From Octopus vulgaris (Eukaryota), in assembly GCA_951406725.2 (NCBI GenBank), contig OX597814.1:18662001-18726000 (forward strand): a DNA stretch of 64,000 bases, read 5' to 3'. A model generated the notes under the pieces. The model ran no database searches. It saw only the letters and a program-made list of their open reading frames with translations, and had not been told where the DNA came from. The position numbers and the translations under genes were made by a program. Below, in pieces: positions 1 through 16,301 of this stretch (position 1 is its first letter; every line of letters starts with the position of its first letter).

Positions 1-175
1 TAGTAGACAGACAAATGGACATGCAGCCATTGCCAGGATTCTTAGCCCTAGCGATCAAAGATAACAAAAGTAATAAATGAAGATAATAAAATTAAAATTA
101 GGGAATGGGCCTGTATTGGATTGTATATATATATGTATATGTATATTTGTATGTATGTATGTGTGTATGTGTAGG

Positions 176-216
<41 letters not shown>

Positions 217-633
217 ATATATATATGTGTATGTATGTATGTGTGTGTAGATACGTATACATGTGTGTATAGGTATAAGTGAGAATCTCCTTATTTACCT
301 ATAACTCTATCCCCCCTTTTTTATATATATATTTTTATATATATATATTTTATATATATATTTTTATATATATTTTTTTATATATATTTTTTATATTTTT
401 TATTTTTTTATTTTTTTATTTTATTTTATTTTTATTTTTATATTTTTTTATATTTTATTTTTTATTTTTTTATTTTTTTATTTATCTATTCTTTCATCTA
501 ACTTACCACTGACTCCTTGACCACTCCCCCAAGTATGATATTTTGCGCTATGCCTACCCCCAAAAAAAGTCCCCCACCACCACTCCTTTAAACCTGCCTA
601 AATGTATAAATGCTAATACAATTCTTGTTAAAT

Positions 634-684
634 AGCTTCCTGAAGATTTCTCTTGAATGAAACAGTACTAGTCCTGTAGAAGCT
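634..684 (+). ncRNA. Type I hammerhead ribozyme motif, probably in a Penelope-like terminal repeat
   Basis: AGCTTC-CTGAAGA-TTTCTCTTGAAT-GAAA-CAG(tactagtc)CTG-TA-GAAGCT. Stem I AGCTTC/GAAGCT, canonical CUGANGA and GAAA core, stem III ACAG/CTGT, GUA cleavage triplet. Stem II is weak (TTC/GAA). AATAAA follows at about 695, then (TA)n. Confidence 0.7.
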
Positions 685-767
685 CCTTCTATATAATAAA
701 TTAATTTTACTCTGCTATGTATTGAGTACCTTACTTACTGTGGTTAACCCCGAATCAACCCGGAACC

Positions 768-808
<41 letters not shown>

Positions 809-880
809 GGGAAGCTTTATGAAAATAGACAAAAGACGAAGGCAGGTGGAAAACAAACACACAATTGTATTAGTATGGCG

Positions 881-915
<35 letters not shown>

Positions 916-921
<6 letters not shown>

Positions 922-1121
922 ATCGTCTTCTAAATGTTTCACGTTCTTGTCCCAGTTTGTATTTTTTACATTTACATATATTTATAAGCGCCGACGTACC
1001 CTTTTTGATCCTATACGTAAGTATATATTCTTTAACACATGGTACGACTCTACAACACTGTCTCTCTCCCCTCCTCTCCTACATTTCTCTGCCTTTCACA
1101 CTTTGCACTCCACTTGATCTG

Positions 1122-1181
<60 letters not shown>

Positions 1182-1790
1182 CCTCCTCCTTTTTTCCTTG
1201 TTCCCCTTCTTTCTCTCTTCATCTGTCCCTCTTTTCCTCTCTCTTTCCCTCACGTGACTAGCCACCTATTGCTGGCCTTTCGTGTCCAGCAGCCGTTGCG
1301 GCAAGACACACTTTTTTGTCTCTCTGTACCCCTAAGGCTTTCTTCTAACGCCAGCTCAAAAATTTACTCGTCCTGTCGAAAAGACGCTTGTCTGTGACGT
1401 CCTGTTTTTGTTGTTATTATTATTATCATTATTGTTTTTACGTATTTTTGTATTCTTATTCGTGCTATCATTATTGTTTTTACGTATTTTTGTATTTTTA
1501 TTCGTGTAACATCGTCCGTTTTTCCGTCCTTGTTTTGTATACATTCGAGGCTTTCTTCCAAGGAATCTAATGCGCTAGGCTTAGATTTTCCTTTGGGGCT
1601 GGCCAGATCGGAGCAATCTCAAGATTAATCAGCCGAAATTGCGAAGATGATCCGGTTCTTGACTGAAGATTGAAGGCTTCGAATGTCCCGTCCGTGTTTT
1701 TTGTATCGTCTTCTAAATTTTTCATGTTCTTGTCCCAGTTTGTATTTTTTTACATTTACATATATTTTTTTACATTTACATATATATATA
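916..1790. mobile_element. Unclassified repeat with ~65-bp terminal direct repeats, inserted in (TA)n
   Basis: tttgtatcgtcttctaaat.tttca.gttcttgtcccagtttgtattttttacatttacatata occurs at about 916-984 and 1700-1770. Both ends abut (TA)n. An internal ~42-bp tandem pair lies at 1423-1506. Confidence 0.4.
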
Positions 1791-1794
1791 TATA

Positions 1795-1910
1795 TAGGCA
1801 CAAGAGTGGCTGCGTGGTAAGTAGCTTGCTTACCAAGCACATGGTTTCGGCTTCAGCCCTACCGCGTGGCAACTTGGGCAAGTGTCTTCTACTATAGCCT
1901 CTGGCCGACC
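1795..1910 (+). mobile_element. SINE family A, 5' fragment (tRNA-like head)
   Basis: ggcacaagagtggctgcgtggtaagtagcttgct...gcaacttgggcaagtgtcttctactatagcc matches the head of the full copies at 20500 and 50307. Confidence 0.8.
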
Positions 1911-1972
1911 ACAGAACTTAGAACGGCAAACGAAATACCGCACCCGGCGTGCTAACGTTTCTGCCAGCTCGC

Positions 1973-2012
1973 CGAAACAGAAACGTATGGCTTACCATAC
2001 GTTTCTGTTTCG
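1973..2012. repeat. Perfect 18-bp hairpin with 4-nt loop
   Basis: cgaaacagaaacgtatgg-ctta-ccatacgtttctgtttcg. Confidence 0.9.
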
Positions 2013-3609
2013 TCACGACTATCCCGTTTTGAAGTATCTGTCTTGATGTCAGGTGCGGTTAACAAATTTTTCTCGTTAGACACTACATTGTCATGGTATG
2101 GGTATAAAATTTTAATTCAAAGAAGGAAAAAAATGTCTTGAAAGAAGTTCTAAGCCAACTCTATACAAAATCATATACAAACTATCAAACATATTCATGC
2201 TATTTTCCAGTCTGTTGCCGCTTATCTTTACCAGAGACCCAGAGAGAGTGAATGATGTACCTATATCATAGTAGTAGCCGAATGTTCATTAAGTCACATC
2301 ATTTCGTCTAAAGAAAACAGAGACAGATTAGGTTAAATAGTCCTAGTTTCACGATGTCTGAAATAGCAAAGGAAACGCTATCCTCTCCACACACACTCAG
2401 CCGCCGTAATATCTTCCTCGTGTCTGAAATATAAAATTGGGATGGGCACTGCAAAGAAAATATTTGATCAGGGTTGGCCTGGTTCAAAGCAAAAACAACA
2501 ATTTATCCTCTGGTCACATTACCTCATTACTCAATGCCGCATTATATCTTCTTTTTGTTCACATTATCAGTATTTCTGCATACTATGTTTTCTGTAATTT
2601 TGAGTTTTACCATGCATTTCTCTGTATACTCGCTAACATATTCGACCTCTCTCACAGTCTATTCACAACAATGTCTTACCAGTTGCTCATATTGTCGACT
2701 GCCTATTCACTCATTCTCATGTTCTTTTCATTCCGAATCACTCTTTAATCTTAGACATTTTCTATTTTCTCATGTTATTCAGACACTACTAAAATCTTTT
2801 GGAGTTGTATCTCTCATAATATGGACTTCAAATTTTGGCAAACGGCGCCAAAATTTCGGGAGACCGGATAAATGGATTATGTCGATCTCACTGTTCATAT
2901 GGTGCTTATTTTATCGACCCCCAAAGTATGTAAGGCAAAGTTGACCGTTTTGGCATTTGACCTCAGAACGGAAGGTCGGAAGAAATTCTGCTGAGGTCTC
3001 CACCTTCGAATTGGGGAATATTTTGACATGCTTTCAACCACGAAAATCTGACGGATGTAAAAACTGTACCTACATTTCGCATAAAAATAAAACAGGATTT
3101 CAACGATAATACTTCGACTGTAACACCTTTCCCATTTGTATAGTAGGGTCTAAACTTTCATTCACACACTGGTTTGCTGATTACTGAATTCTTCGTTTTG
3201 TTTGCTTGATTTCAAATTTAATACAAAAAAGTACCCAAGAAATGACAATATGGAAAAGTCTAAAATAAACACGAAACAAAAACTGTCACATAAATCATAC
3301 TTAAAACCAATATATTTACTTTTCAGATTTTGACACAAGGCCAGCAATTTTGGAGTTCGAGCTCAGTTTTTAATTAGTAATTATTCTATCGACCCTGAAA
3401 TGATGAGACCGCGACCTGTTCACTGACAAAATTCCGTGCTGCAACTGAGAAAGTAACAGTTAGTTCATGATATATATGTACGTATGTATGTGTGTAAGTA
3501 TGTATGCATGCATGTATGTATGTATGTATGTGCTTATGTATGTATGTGTGTACATGTATGTTCGTATGCATATGTGTACATGTGTATGCATGTGTGCATG
3601 CCTATACGC

Positions 3610-3642
<33 letters not shown>

Positions 3643-3879
3643 TGTATGTATGTATGTATGTATGTATGTATGTATATGTGTATGTATGTATGTAAGTATG
3701 TACGTATTTACTTATGTATGTATGTGAGTATTTAGGTAAGTGTGTAGACGTATCTGTATGTGTGTACATGTGTATGTACATGTGAATGTATGCTTATGTA
3801 CTGATATGTGTCTGTTCAAGTTGTATACATGACTGTTACTTTGTTGAAGGTTGTATGCACGCATATATATGTGCGCGGT

Positions 3880-3933
<54 letters not shown>

Positions 3934-4769
3934 GTATGATTAACATTTCGCTAGAATTTCAAATTTGCAAAATTTTCAAGTTTACGTGATAAGACTCAGG
4001 TTCTCCAGGGGATATACATTTACTCTCATGACTAATTCTTATGTATTAAAAGGAAGCTGTAGCAAATGATTATAAAATTCAGAGTTCTTCCTGATTGCTG
4101 TTATTGATGCAGTTGATATCCAGCCTCAGATCCTGTTGATCACTGTTTCTAAGGGCCGCATGAAAGCTTGTCATAGAGTAAACAGGACTACAAGTGTCCA
4201 GGGACTGAGTTATTATTACTGATTGCTGCTGGTATTGTTGTTGTTGTAGCAGATGTCGATGTTGATCAGATGTAATACAGTTTTTTGAGGCTGTTCTACA
4301 ATCCCTCTTATCCGTTTAAGGTTGTATGGTTACATTTGAAGGAAGGATGTCTTTACTTTTAGAGGTATTGTGATCACTTTGAGTCTCTCTCATATTGGTG
4401 ATAAAACGCGAGATATTTCAGTAGCTATGGCAACGAAGTTCCATTACGAGGCAATGCATTATGGGTTAGCATAAAAGCTCCACACAGGAAATCCTCCCAA
4501 GATAATAGTATCTAGCTAATATCCAAACGCACCCTAAGCTAGAACCTTTCAAAAGCAACATATTGTGCATTACACTTTTAACTATCAATGTTGGTTTTCT
4601 AATTATGCCACACTCTTCGTGAACACCGACCAGAAGCAAGATAAACCAAAATATAATGCAGCACAGACAGAGACACCGTCATTCAACGATTGTTCATCTC
4701 GAAGAATGGGTTCCGTGACATTGAAACGTCGATATTATGGAATCCTAATTCATAAACACGCAATAGCAA

Positions 4770-4925
<156 letters not shown>

Positions 4926-5846
4926 CGGCGAGAAAATAAATATCGAAAAATCAGATATAAATAATCTATAGAAATAACCGCTACAAAATCATGTTTTTAA
5001 TAAGATATCTAGTTGAAAACAAAGGAGCGACAATATTCAGGAAAACTCTTTCAGCTTATCAAGTGAACAAGCAATTTTTCTATTTATTAATATACTTTTT
5101 TTTTCCATACTTCAACAAAATATTTCTCCCTTAACAATTATATCACTGGCTGACATGACAGCCACAAAAACAATAACAACGTTAACAACTCCAGCGACCA
5201 TTATAAGAAAATCTAAGCCAACTGTGACAATAATATCGCCAGTGAATGATCTCAAAAATAAATACCTTTTTAACAATGTTGTTATGATATTGTAATAGGT
5301 TTTACTTGCTCGTATCTTCGTCAGATTGTGGTACTGAATAAATATCTCAGTCTGAATGTGTCTATTTCTGTAAGTATGTGTTTGTGTAAATATATATGTG
5401 TGTGTGCGTGCGTGCGTATGTCGTGTGTGTGCATGTGTGTGTCTGTGTGTGTCATAGTGTGAGTGTAAGCGCTAATAAATTTATGTATGTGTGCAAAAGT
5501 GTGTGGAGAGTGTACGTAGAAGTGAAAAATGTACGTATGAATGAATATAAAACACGCAGGCATACATACATATATGTACATGTATCTCTCTCTCTCTTTC
5601 TCTCTCTCTATATATGTATGAGTGTAGGCATTATACACACACACACACACACACATATATGCACACAGACGCACACAGACGCACACATACCCTCTTATAT
5701 ATGTGATTACGCATATATATCTTCTATATACGCGTGTGTACGAGTTTAATGTCTACGGATTTGTTTACACGTCTAGGCGCATACTTGTTCGCTTTCTACT
5801 GTGTCTGCGTTCTCCTTTGTATAGATAAGTCTGTGGGTGCCTAATA

Positions 5847-8345
<2,499 letters not shown>

Positions 8346-8628
8346 GTAGCGAGTAGGGTAGGAGAGATTATAAAAGGATAGACATACTTGCATATGTATA
8401 TAGCCAGACAAAGAGGTTGACACGACATAGATAGTTAATTAGATATCATCCTTAAAGGAATCCGTTGAAAGACGATGACAACATAGATCCAGTTTATGTT
8501 GCTTATTCCTCACGTTTCTTGTTTATCTCTTTCACTCTGTCACACACTTTCTCTCCTTCTCTCTCTTCTTTTTTTTCTGCTTTTGTCTAATCACTCTATC
8601 GCTGTCTTTTCAACCATTTCTTACGGAT

Positions 8629-9102
8629 TTATATTCAAGTTTCTCTACCTGCCACATCTCTTGGCTGCACCGGCTAAGACGCTGCTCATCAGCCCCTTCT
8701 GTGTCATTAGTGATGGTCACTTTGTTACAAACATTCTGACAGGATCCTTTAATTTCTCTTCACATCCCAGGGTTTTTATTATCGCATCCATTAGAATAGT
8801 CTCATGCCTCGTGAGTTTTCATGCGTTATTCGATGTGCATATTTATACAATTTAACGTTGTTATATTTATATTCAGTTTCTCTACCTGCCACATCTCTTG
8901 GCTGCACCGGCTAAGACGCTGCTCATCACCTCCTTTCTGTGTCATTAGTGATGGTCACTTTGTTACAAACATTCTGAGAGGATCCTTAATTTCTCTTGAC
9001 ATCCCAGGGTTTTTATTATCGCATCCATTAGAATAGTCTCATGTCTCGTGAGTTTTCATGCGTTATTCGATGTGCATATTTATAGAATTTAACGTTGTTA
9101 TA
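8629..9102. repeat. Tandem duplication of a ~238-bp unit (2 copies)
   Basis: ttatattca.gtttctctacctgccacatc...tttaacgttgttata at about 8629-8865 and 8867-9102, with few substitutions. Confidence 0.9.
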
Positions 9103-9122
9103 CATGATATATATGATATGAT

Positions 9123-9354
9123 AGGCGGCGAGCTGGCAGAAACGTTAGCACGCCAGGCAAAATGCGTAGCCGTATTTCGTCTGTCGTTACGTTCCAAGTT
9201 CAAATTCCGCCGAGGTCGACTTTACCTTTCATCCTTTCGGGGTCGATAAATTAAGTACCAGTTACACACTGGGGTCGATGTAATCGACTTATTCCCTTTG
9301 TCTGTCCTTGTTTGTCCCCTCTGTGTTTAGCCCCTTGTGGGTAGTAAAGAAATA
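9123..9354 (+). mobile_element. SINE family C, full-length copy
   Basis: ggcggcgagctggcagaaacgttagc head, gttcaaattcc B-box-like motif, central cctttcatcctttcggggtcgataaattaagtacc, tail ...tgtgtttagccccttgtgggtagtaaagaaat. A reverse copy is at 28993-29224. Confidence 0.85.
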
Positions 9355-9839
9355 TATATATGATATGATTTCTCTGCGGGAATTTTCGATATGCGAGTGT
9401 GCAGAAATGCAATATATCAGTTGTGGTGTAAACATAAATCTTATGATTAATGGTATTGGTTTTTAGCTGAGTCAAGGAGTTTTGCACTTTGACAGTGCAA
9501 AATACCTTCTCGTTATTTCTTCTGTCCTTATACCTTTTCGAGTTCTAATCCAATCACGGTCAACATTGCATTTCCTTCTTAAGGTGTCGATAAATAAATT
9601 TCTTGTCAAGTACTGAGTCTGAAGGTATCAAGCAACCCCCATCCCTCAAAGTTTTTGGTTTTATGCCAAAAATCAGAAAACTATTATTGTTATTATTATT
9701 ATTATTATTATCACTATCATCATCATTATTACCATTATTATTATTATTATCATCATTATTACCATTATTATTATTATTATCATCATTATTATCATTATTA
9801 TTATTATTACTATTATTATTACTATTACTATTATTGTTG

Positions 9840-9897
<58 letters not shown>

Positions 9898-9942
9898 CAT
9901 TATTATTATTATTATTATTATTACTATTATTATTACTATTAC

Positions 9943-10005
<63 letters not shown>

Positions 10006-10110
10006 CATGGAAAGTGTTCTGCGTAGGATGTGTGCAGTGCCTAGTAGTGCAATTTTCTGTATGTTATATATGTTTGTAAGTCCTGGTGTTTTTGTTATGT
10101 ATTTGTCTGA
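10006..10110 (-). mobile_element. R4/Dong-like non-LTR retrotransposon C-terminal fragment within (ATT)n
   Basis: Minus strand translates SDKYITKTPGLTNIYNIQKIALLGTAHILRRTLS, matching the QK..LLGTA.ILR C-terminal motif of RLE-type R4/Dong elements. Embedded in TAA repeats, the established Dong target. Confidence 0.7.
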
Positions 10111-10128
10111 ATTTTTTTTTTTTTTAAA

Positions 10129-10185
<57 letters not shown>

Positions 10186-10199
10186 CATTATTATTATTT

Positions 10200-10640
10200 T
10201 TCCTTCTTTTCTTCCGTTTCTCACCGAGTGTTTTCCATGAACCTAGGGCAGGGAAGGGCATTGCATGCATCCCCAGATTACACGCGCAAATTCACAGATA
10301 AAATATGTATTTAAAAATTAATAAATAAATAAATTCGTGGATGGATGTTATTTTCACAGCGATAGTGCTCATCTCAGTACATGAGCCATTCCAGTTAATA
10401 CGATTTTTTGCACTTCCTGTAGGGATGGTAACTCTCTCTCTTTTACTCTTTTACTTGTTTCAGTCATTTGACTGCGGCCATGCTGGAGCACCGCATTTAA
10501 TCGAGCAACGCGACCCCGGGACTTATTCTTTGTAAGCCCAGTACTTATTCTATCGGTCTCTTTTGCCGAACCGCTATGTAACGGGGACATAAATACACCA
10601 GCATCGGTTGTCAAGCAATGCTAGGGGGACAAACACACAG

Positions 10641-10672
<32 letters not shown>

Positions 10673-10926
10673 TTACATATATACGACAGGCTTCTTTCAG
10701 TTTCCGTCTAACAAATCCACTCACAAGGCTTTGGTCGGCCCGAGGCTATAGTAGAAGACACTTGCCCAAGGTGCGACGCAGTGAGACTGAACCCGGAACC
10801 ATGTGGTTGATAAACAAGCTACTTACCACACAGCCACTCCTTTCAAATAGGTTTCGGTACCTTTTTTTTATCATTCCTGGAGATCCTACAATCACTGGTA
10901 CTGTAGTCGCCTTGAGATGCCACATC
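10200..10926 (-). mobile_element. Second R4/Dong-like 3' fragment, interrupted by a family A SINE
   Basis: Minus strand MWHLKATTVPVIVGSPGMIKK (about 10926-10860), continued after the SINE by SLQEVQKIVLTGMAHVLR (about 10425-10370) and a 3' UTR ending in (TAA)n. Confidence 0.65.
10434..10840 (-). mobile_element. SINE family A, near full-length
   Basis: Head, central (TA)n/(TG)n and 3' tail ggtgctccagcatggccgcagtcaaatgactgaaacaagtaaaagag, all on the minus strand. Confidence 0.9.
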
Positions 10927-10957
<31 letters not shown>

Positions 10958-11404
10958 GTTATTATTATTATTATTATTATTATCATCATCATCATCATCA
11001 GCATCATCCTTATCATCATCATTTTTATTATTATAATCATCATCATTATCATTATGCAGGGGGCCCAGTTAAAATTTTTTTCAGGTTGAGTAGCCCATCC
11101 CGCTCAAACGGTCCCTGAATAAGGGTTGTTTAAGGATGTTGAAAGAACCACCCATGTTTCCAGAGGTGAACTATTCAAACCCCAAAGAATCCCTCTCAAC
11201 ACATGGCTATGATGCTCCCCCACTACTTCTGCTCGTGATCAGAGATGCACATATCGTCAGCCACTAAGGGACATACTCAACTGGTTAAGGTCAAACAACT
11301 GACAAGCAAATCTGTGGTATTGAGCAGAATATTTGCTGTAGCCCATCTTTTATACCAAGACAAAACAATGTACATGATAACACTTCCAATCAGTTAAGAT
11401 CAGA

Positions 11405-11481
<77 letters not shown>

Positions 11482-11510
11482 TCTTATCATCATCATTTTT
11501 ATTGTTGTTG

Positions 11511-11619
<109 letters not shown>

Positions 11620-11870
11620 ATCTGACTAACTCAGATTGTTGCTGCAGATGTCATTAACGTACCAACTGTTCTCTGAATTAAGATGTCATTTTTCACTTCA
11701 CGTCTCGAAGACTGTTGAGTAACGTGTTTTCTGCGCACGTTATATTTTCATTTTTATTCCTATCTTTCCAACCCCTTTTCAATTTCTTTTGCTCGCTATA
11801 CCTGGAGCACCTACAATCATTTGTGCAATATACATCTTTCTCATCGACTGTAGGTATTTCGTTTTTTTAA

Positions 11871-12136
11871 TTCCTTCAGAGCGTCATACATCTCGGTTTT
11901 TTACCTACATTTTCAGCAATTCTGCTATCTCTTCGCAGTGTTTATGATCAAGACATTTTCCTTCAGAGCGTCATACATCTCGGTTTTTACCTACATTTTC
12001 AGCAATTCTGCTATCTCTTCGCAGTGTTTATGATCAAGACATTTTCCTTCAGAGCGTCATACATCTCGGTTTTTACCTACATTTTCAGCAATTCTGCTAT
12101 CTCTTCGCAGTGTTTATGATCAAGACATTTTTCCTT
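11871..12136. repeat. Minisatellite, 3 x 86-87 bp
   Basis: ttccttcagagcgtcatacatctcgg...tgatcaagacatt starts at 11871, 11958 and 12044; copies near identical. Confidence 0.95.
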
Positions 12137-14580
12137 GTCTACCAGTACAGCATCGGATTTCCGATGTTTGATTCCATGCTTAAATGCTCTTATATAGTCT
12201 CAGACACACATGCGTGGCAACCAGAAAGCTGACGATACAACTGTACACAGCATGGCCTGAAGAGATTCTATTAAAGATTGTCTTAGGTTAAACAACAACA
12301 GTGACAACAACACTATATTCATACTCATGAGTAAGGCGGCGAGGTGGCAGAAACGTTAGCACTTCGGGCGAAATGCGTAGCCGTATTTCGTCTGTCGTTT
12401 ACGCTATAATTCATTGACCTCACACTAAGTGTTTGACTAAGGACAAACAGTGACGATATATTTTATTGGCAAATATAACAAAAGATTGAGAACATATTGA
12501 AGATTAGCGCCGGCACAAAATATTTAAATTTAATTCAATTCTGTAGCGTGAGGAGATATGGGTTCTGACATTTTAGTGTTATGTTTTTCTCCAAAGAGAT
12601 GTGAATGGAATATAACATTGATAATTCAGTATGATTTTCGAATTTTTTACCAAGTCACAATACCTCCTGAGGTGAATTGCAAGGATATTGTTGAAATCTT
12701 ACGTTCCTATTCAAACTAGCACTAGAATAGTTTGTTTTTTTTAAACTAGGATCGCTGTAATTCTTGTAATGCTGTGCAACAGATATGAAGTAAGAAGCAA
12801 AAAGATGTTCCAGAAGTCCACATACCACTCTATATATGAATGTTTGCGACAGAGGGATTCGGGTTCTTCGCAAACAGAATGTGACAACTGACCTGCTCTA
12901 CTGGAATCTCTAGGGTAAATTGAATAAAAGCTCACGGCAGGACAGTAAAAAAAAAAATTAGAATTACCGCTAGTGCGAGAATTTGCGTTTCGATCATAAA
13001 GATATTAGATATGCCAGAAATTTATTTTATAATCTAGTCGCAGTAGTCACTGTGTTCCAGGAATTTTGCACTCCGATCTCTTCTAATCTTGTGATGGTAA
13101 TGCAGTTTAGTCTGTGCGTTTGTAGGTTAATATTTGCAAGAAAAGTGCGAGTAAAGACTAAAGGCTGTAGCTAAAACAAACTGGTACCATTATAAAATGT
13201 TTTTGGAAGATAAACACAATACGTGATACATATGGAAGCTTATTTGATAAAGATTTATGCTGAATGATAGAGACAATAGTATATGTTCCACTGATTTTTC
13301 TTATATACGAAATATAAATATTTAAACAATAGTTATATCACTATATAATTATGATATGAATGAAGAAGGAAGAAGGAAAAAATACTAAGAATAAAGCATG
13401 ATTGTAGTTAGTAAGTTTAAGTAGGCTGGAGGCAGAAAGAAAATAACATCATAGTGATCGATGGAATCAAAAAAGAATAAACGAAAAGCAACCGATATTT
13501 TTTCCCCTTTCTCCAGTTTGTGAGATACATATACCATCATACATAACTCATATATTAATAATATGGTATGTAAGCAAAAATGAAATGCAGTACAAAGATA
13601 AATATATTCTATCCTAACATCCAATATCTTTTCTGTTAACTGTAATAGAAGAAGGAAAAGATAATTGATTTTGGTTAGGTACAGGTCCAGTACTTTATAT
13701 GCAGAGTCGATAACATAGACAAGTAGATGAAAATGTTCTTGTTTTATGTAAAGAATAGTTAAAAAGTAAAGTCCGTCCATCGAGATCTGAACTTGGTAAT
13801 TATGGACAGAAGTAATTCAGCTATTAGACATAAACGAAAACAGGTTTTCTTCAAGTTGTCTTGAAGAAAACGAATATATATAATTAAAACTATGTTTGAT
13901 ATACACTATTGAGATTCTGGTAGGTAACTGGAACGAACTTTTCACGATACCACAATTTAATGGATGAAAGCATAGTTTCTTTGACTCCATGTGTAGACAC
14001 TAGTTGATTGTATTTTCTACTATTAGCCATTAAAATTACCAGTATCTCAAAGTGTTTGTCTTGTGCTCATCTATATCAACATATTTCTATATAAGCTGTT
14101 AAAAGACACTAACCAACATCCTCTAAAATTTCGCATCGACTCCCATTTTGGTAAATCAACAGTACTTCCTAACTTTTTAAGTATTTTAGATTAAAAAATG
14201 CAAAAGCATTTTTCCAAAACTATTCATAAGTTTAACACCTGATACTTTATGGAGCTAGTTTTGCTTGCTGCAAATGTGTTATAATTGTTATACCAATGGT
14301 TTAATATATATGGTATTCATAAATATATTTTTTTTAATATTTTCTAAGACATTTTATGAGTAAAAGACTATCTTAGCGACTTATATTTAGGAAGATGCTG
14401 CTCTAATCCTTTGCACTGCTTGCGTGAAATATCACCAAAATATTCATCGAATCACACCATACAGTCTTAAACACAGAAAGGAGACATTAATATATCCGCT
14501 AAGTTATTCATGAAAAAAAAATCACGATGGTCACGACAGAAATGCCACTGAGCACATGAGGATAAACAACAACAGCCGCT

Positions 14581-15139
14581 GTGGAGGTACAATGGCCCAG
14601 TGGTTAGGGCAGCAGACTCGCGGTCGTAAGAACGCGGTTTCGATTCCCAGACTGGGCATTGTGAGTGTTTATTGAGGAGAAACACCTAAGGTCCACGAGG
14701 CTCCGGCGCGAGGAGGTGGTGAACCCCGCTGTACTCTTTCATCACTCTTTCTTCCGATTTCTGCCACAAAGCAGAGGAATCATGATGTAACCCACTATTG
14801 TGTGGTAAACTTTTAGACCCTAAGTCTAGATTGCGAATCCTCTGTACCCCCAGGATAGTTCAGCTCACCACCCGTTAAAAACCACCGCTTACGGAATGAG
14901 GATTGCAACGTAGCTTTTGCGCCCGCGCAACCGCCAGTCTATCGCGTGTGCTGGGTGGACCTTCAACTTGCCACACGCATTCTTAGTAGGTTAAAGTAGG
15001 CTCGAACTAGAGATTATTTTTTGTGGCTAATGGCGTGAGTCCTGACTGGAAGAAGAAGAAGAAGAAGAAGAAGAAGAAGAAGAAGAAGAAGAAGAAGAAG
15101 AAGAAGAAGAAGAAGAAGAAGAAGAAGAAGAAGAAGAAG
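14581..15139 (+). mobile_element. Composite SINE: family B tRNA-like head, distinct body and (GAA)n tail
   Basis: 12-bp TSD acaacagccgct at 14569-14580 and 15140-15151. Head gtggaggtacaatggcccagtggttagggcagc...ggtttcgattccc has A/B boxes. Ends gtcctgactg(gaa)n. Confidence 0.8.
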
Positions 15140-15321
15140 ACAACAGCCGCTTACATTTCCGACATTTAGTTGGGTTTTTTTGCACCCTCTTAGGGAAATA
15201 AACTTGTTGAATAGAACTGAGCTGTAGGGTTGATAAGCACATGTATGCTACAATTAAAGTTGATATATTTATTATTCAATATCCACAAAAATATTTATAT
15301 TTTTAGCCCCAGAAAAGATAT

Positions 15322-15545
15322 TTCTTTTATTCTTTTATTTGTTTCAGTCATTTGGTTGCGGCCATGCTGGAGCACCGCCTTTAGTCGAACATATCGGAGC
15401 CAGGACTTATTCTTTGTAAGCCTAGTACTTATTCTATCGGTCTCTTTTGCTGAACGGTAAGTTACGGGGACGTAAACACACCAGCACGCGTTTTCAAGCG
15501 GGGATGGGGACAACTAGAAACGCGCGCGTACACACAGACACACAC
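15322..15545 (-). mobile_element. SINE family A, 3' half
   Basis: tttcagtcatttggttgcggccatgctggagcaccgcc...cggggacgtaaacacaccagca, ending at (CA)n. Confidence 0.85.
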
Positions 15546-15570
15546 ATACACACACACACACACACACACA

Positions 15571-15619
<49 letters not shown>

Positions 15620-15628
<9 letters not shown>

Positions 15629-16301
15629 ACTCAACTTGTGTGTCTGTGTGTGTATCTGTGTGTGTGTCTGTGTGTTTAACTTCCCGGCACATCTCCTCCT
15701 AGCCAACAAATCGTAGAACCACCAAAAATGGGTCACTTAAAGTTTAGGCGAATGAAATTGAATTGCACTATTTCTGTTCCGAAATTCATCTCGCAAGTGC
15801 AAAAATCGATAATGTGTTGGTTTTGGCCTTATTCCATTCATTGAATAGTGAATTTTACTCAGTCAGCTGTTTGACGTGAACTGTGTTCACCACTCGTGCA
15901 AGCATGCGTAAATTGCATGAAAAAAAAAAAATCAAGATATAAAAACGAATCGCCGTAAACATTGTAGAAATTCGGAAAAGAAATGAATTTTCGGGATGTA
16001 GCCTGGAGGGTTTTTTCGTATTAATAGTTTGGACTTTGTGAACACATACCAATTGTTTTCATAACATTTTTAACGCTTTGAATTAAATGTGACCATTTTG
16101 CGTTGAGTCTGCAGTTTGAATCACTTTAACCAAATTTTAGCAGGCCAGATTTTTGATCATCACGATACATCGCCAGCAACTCCCTGAAACTCTCCCATGA
16201 AATTCCCGTTGAGAAATCTATTATATATATAATAATACTTTGAATGTGACTCCTGAGAAAGAGTAAAAGTAATTATCCGATGAACGACGGGTATTACTGC
16301 T

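Noticed and set aside
11871-12136. CRISPR-like array
   Set aside because: Whole units are repeated with no unique spacers, there are no cas genes, and the context is eukaryotic.
13385-14300. Possible pogo/Tigger transposase relic (minus strand WYREKFVP)
   Set aside because: Only one short motif; too degenerate to support.
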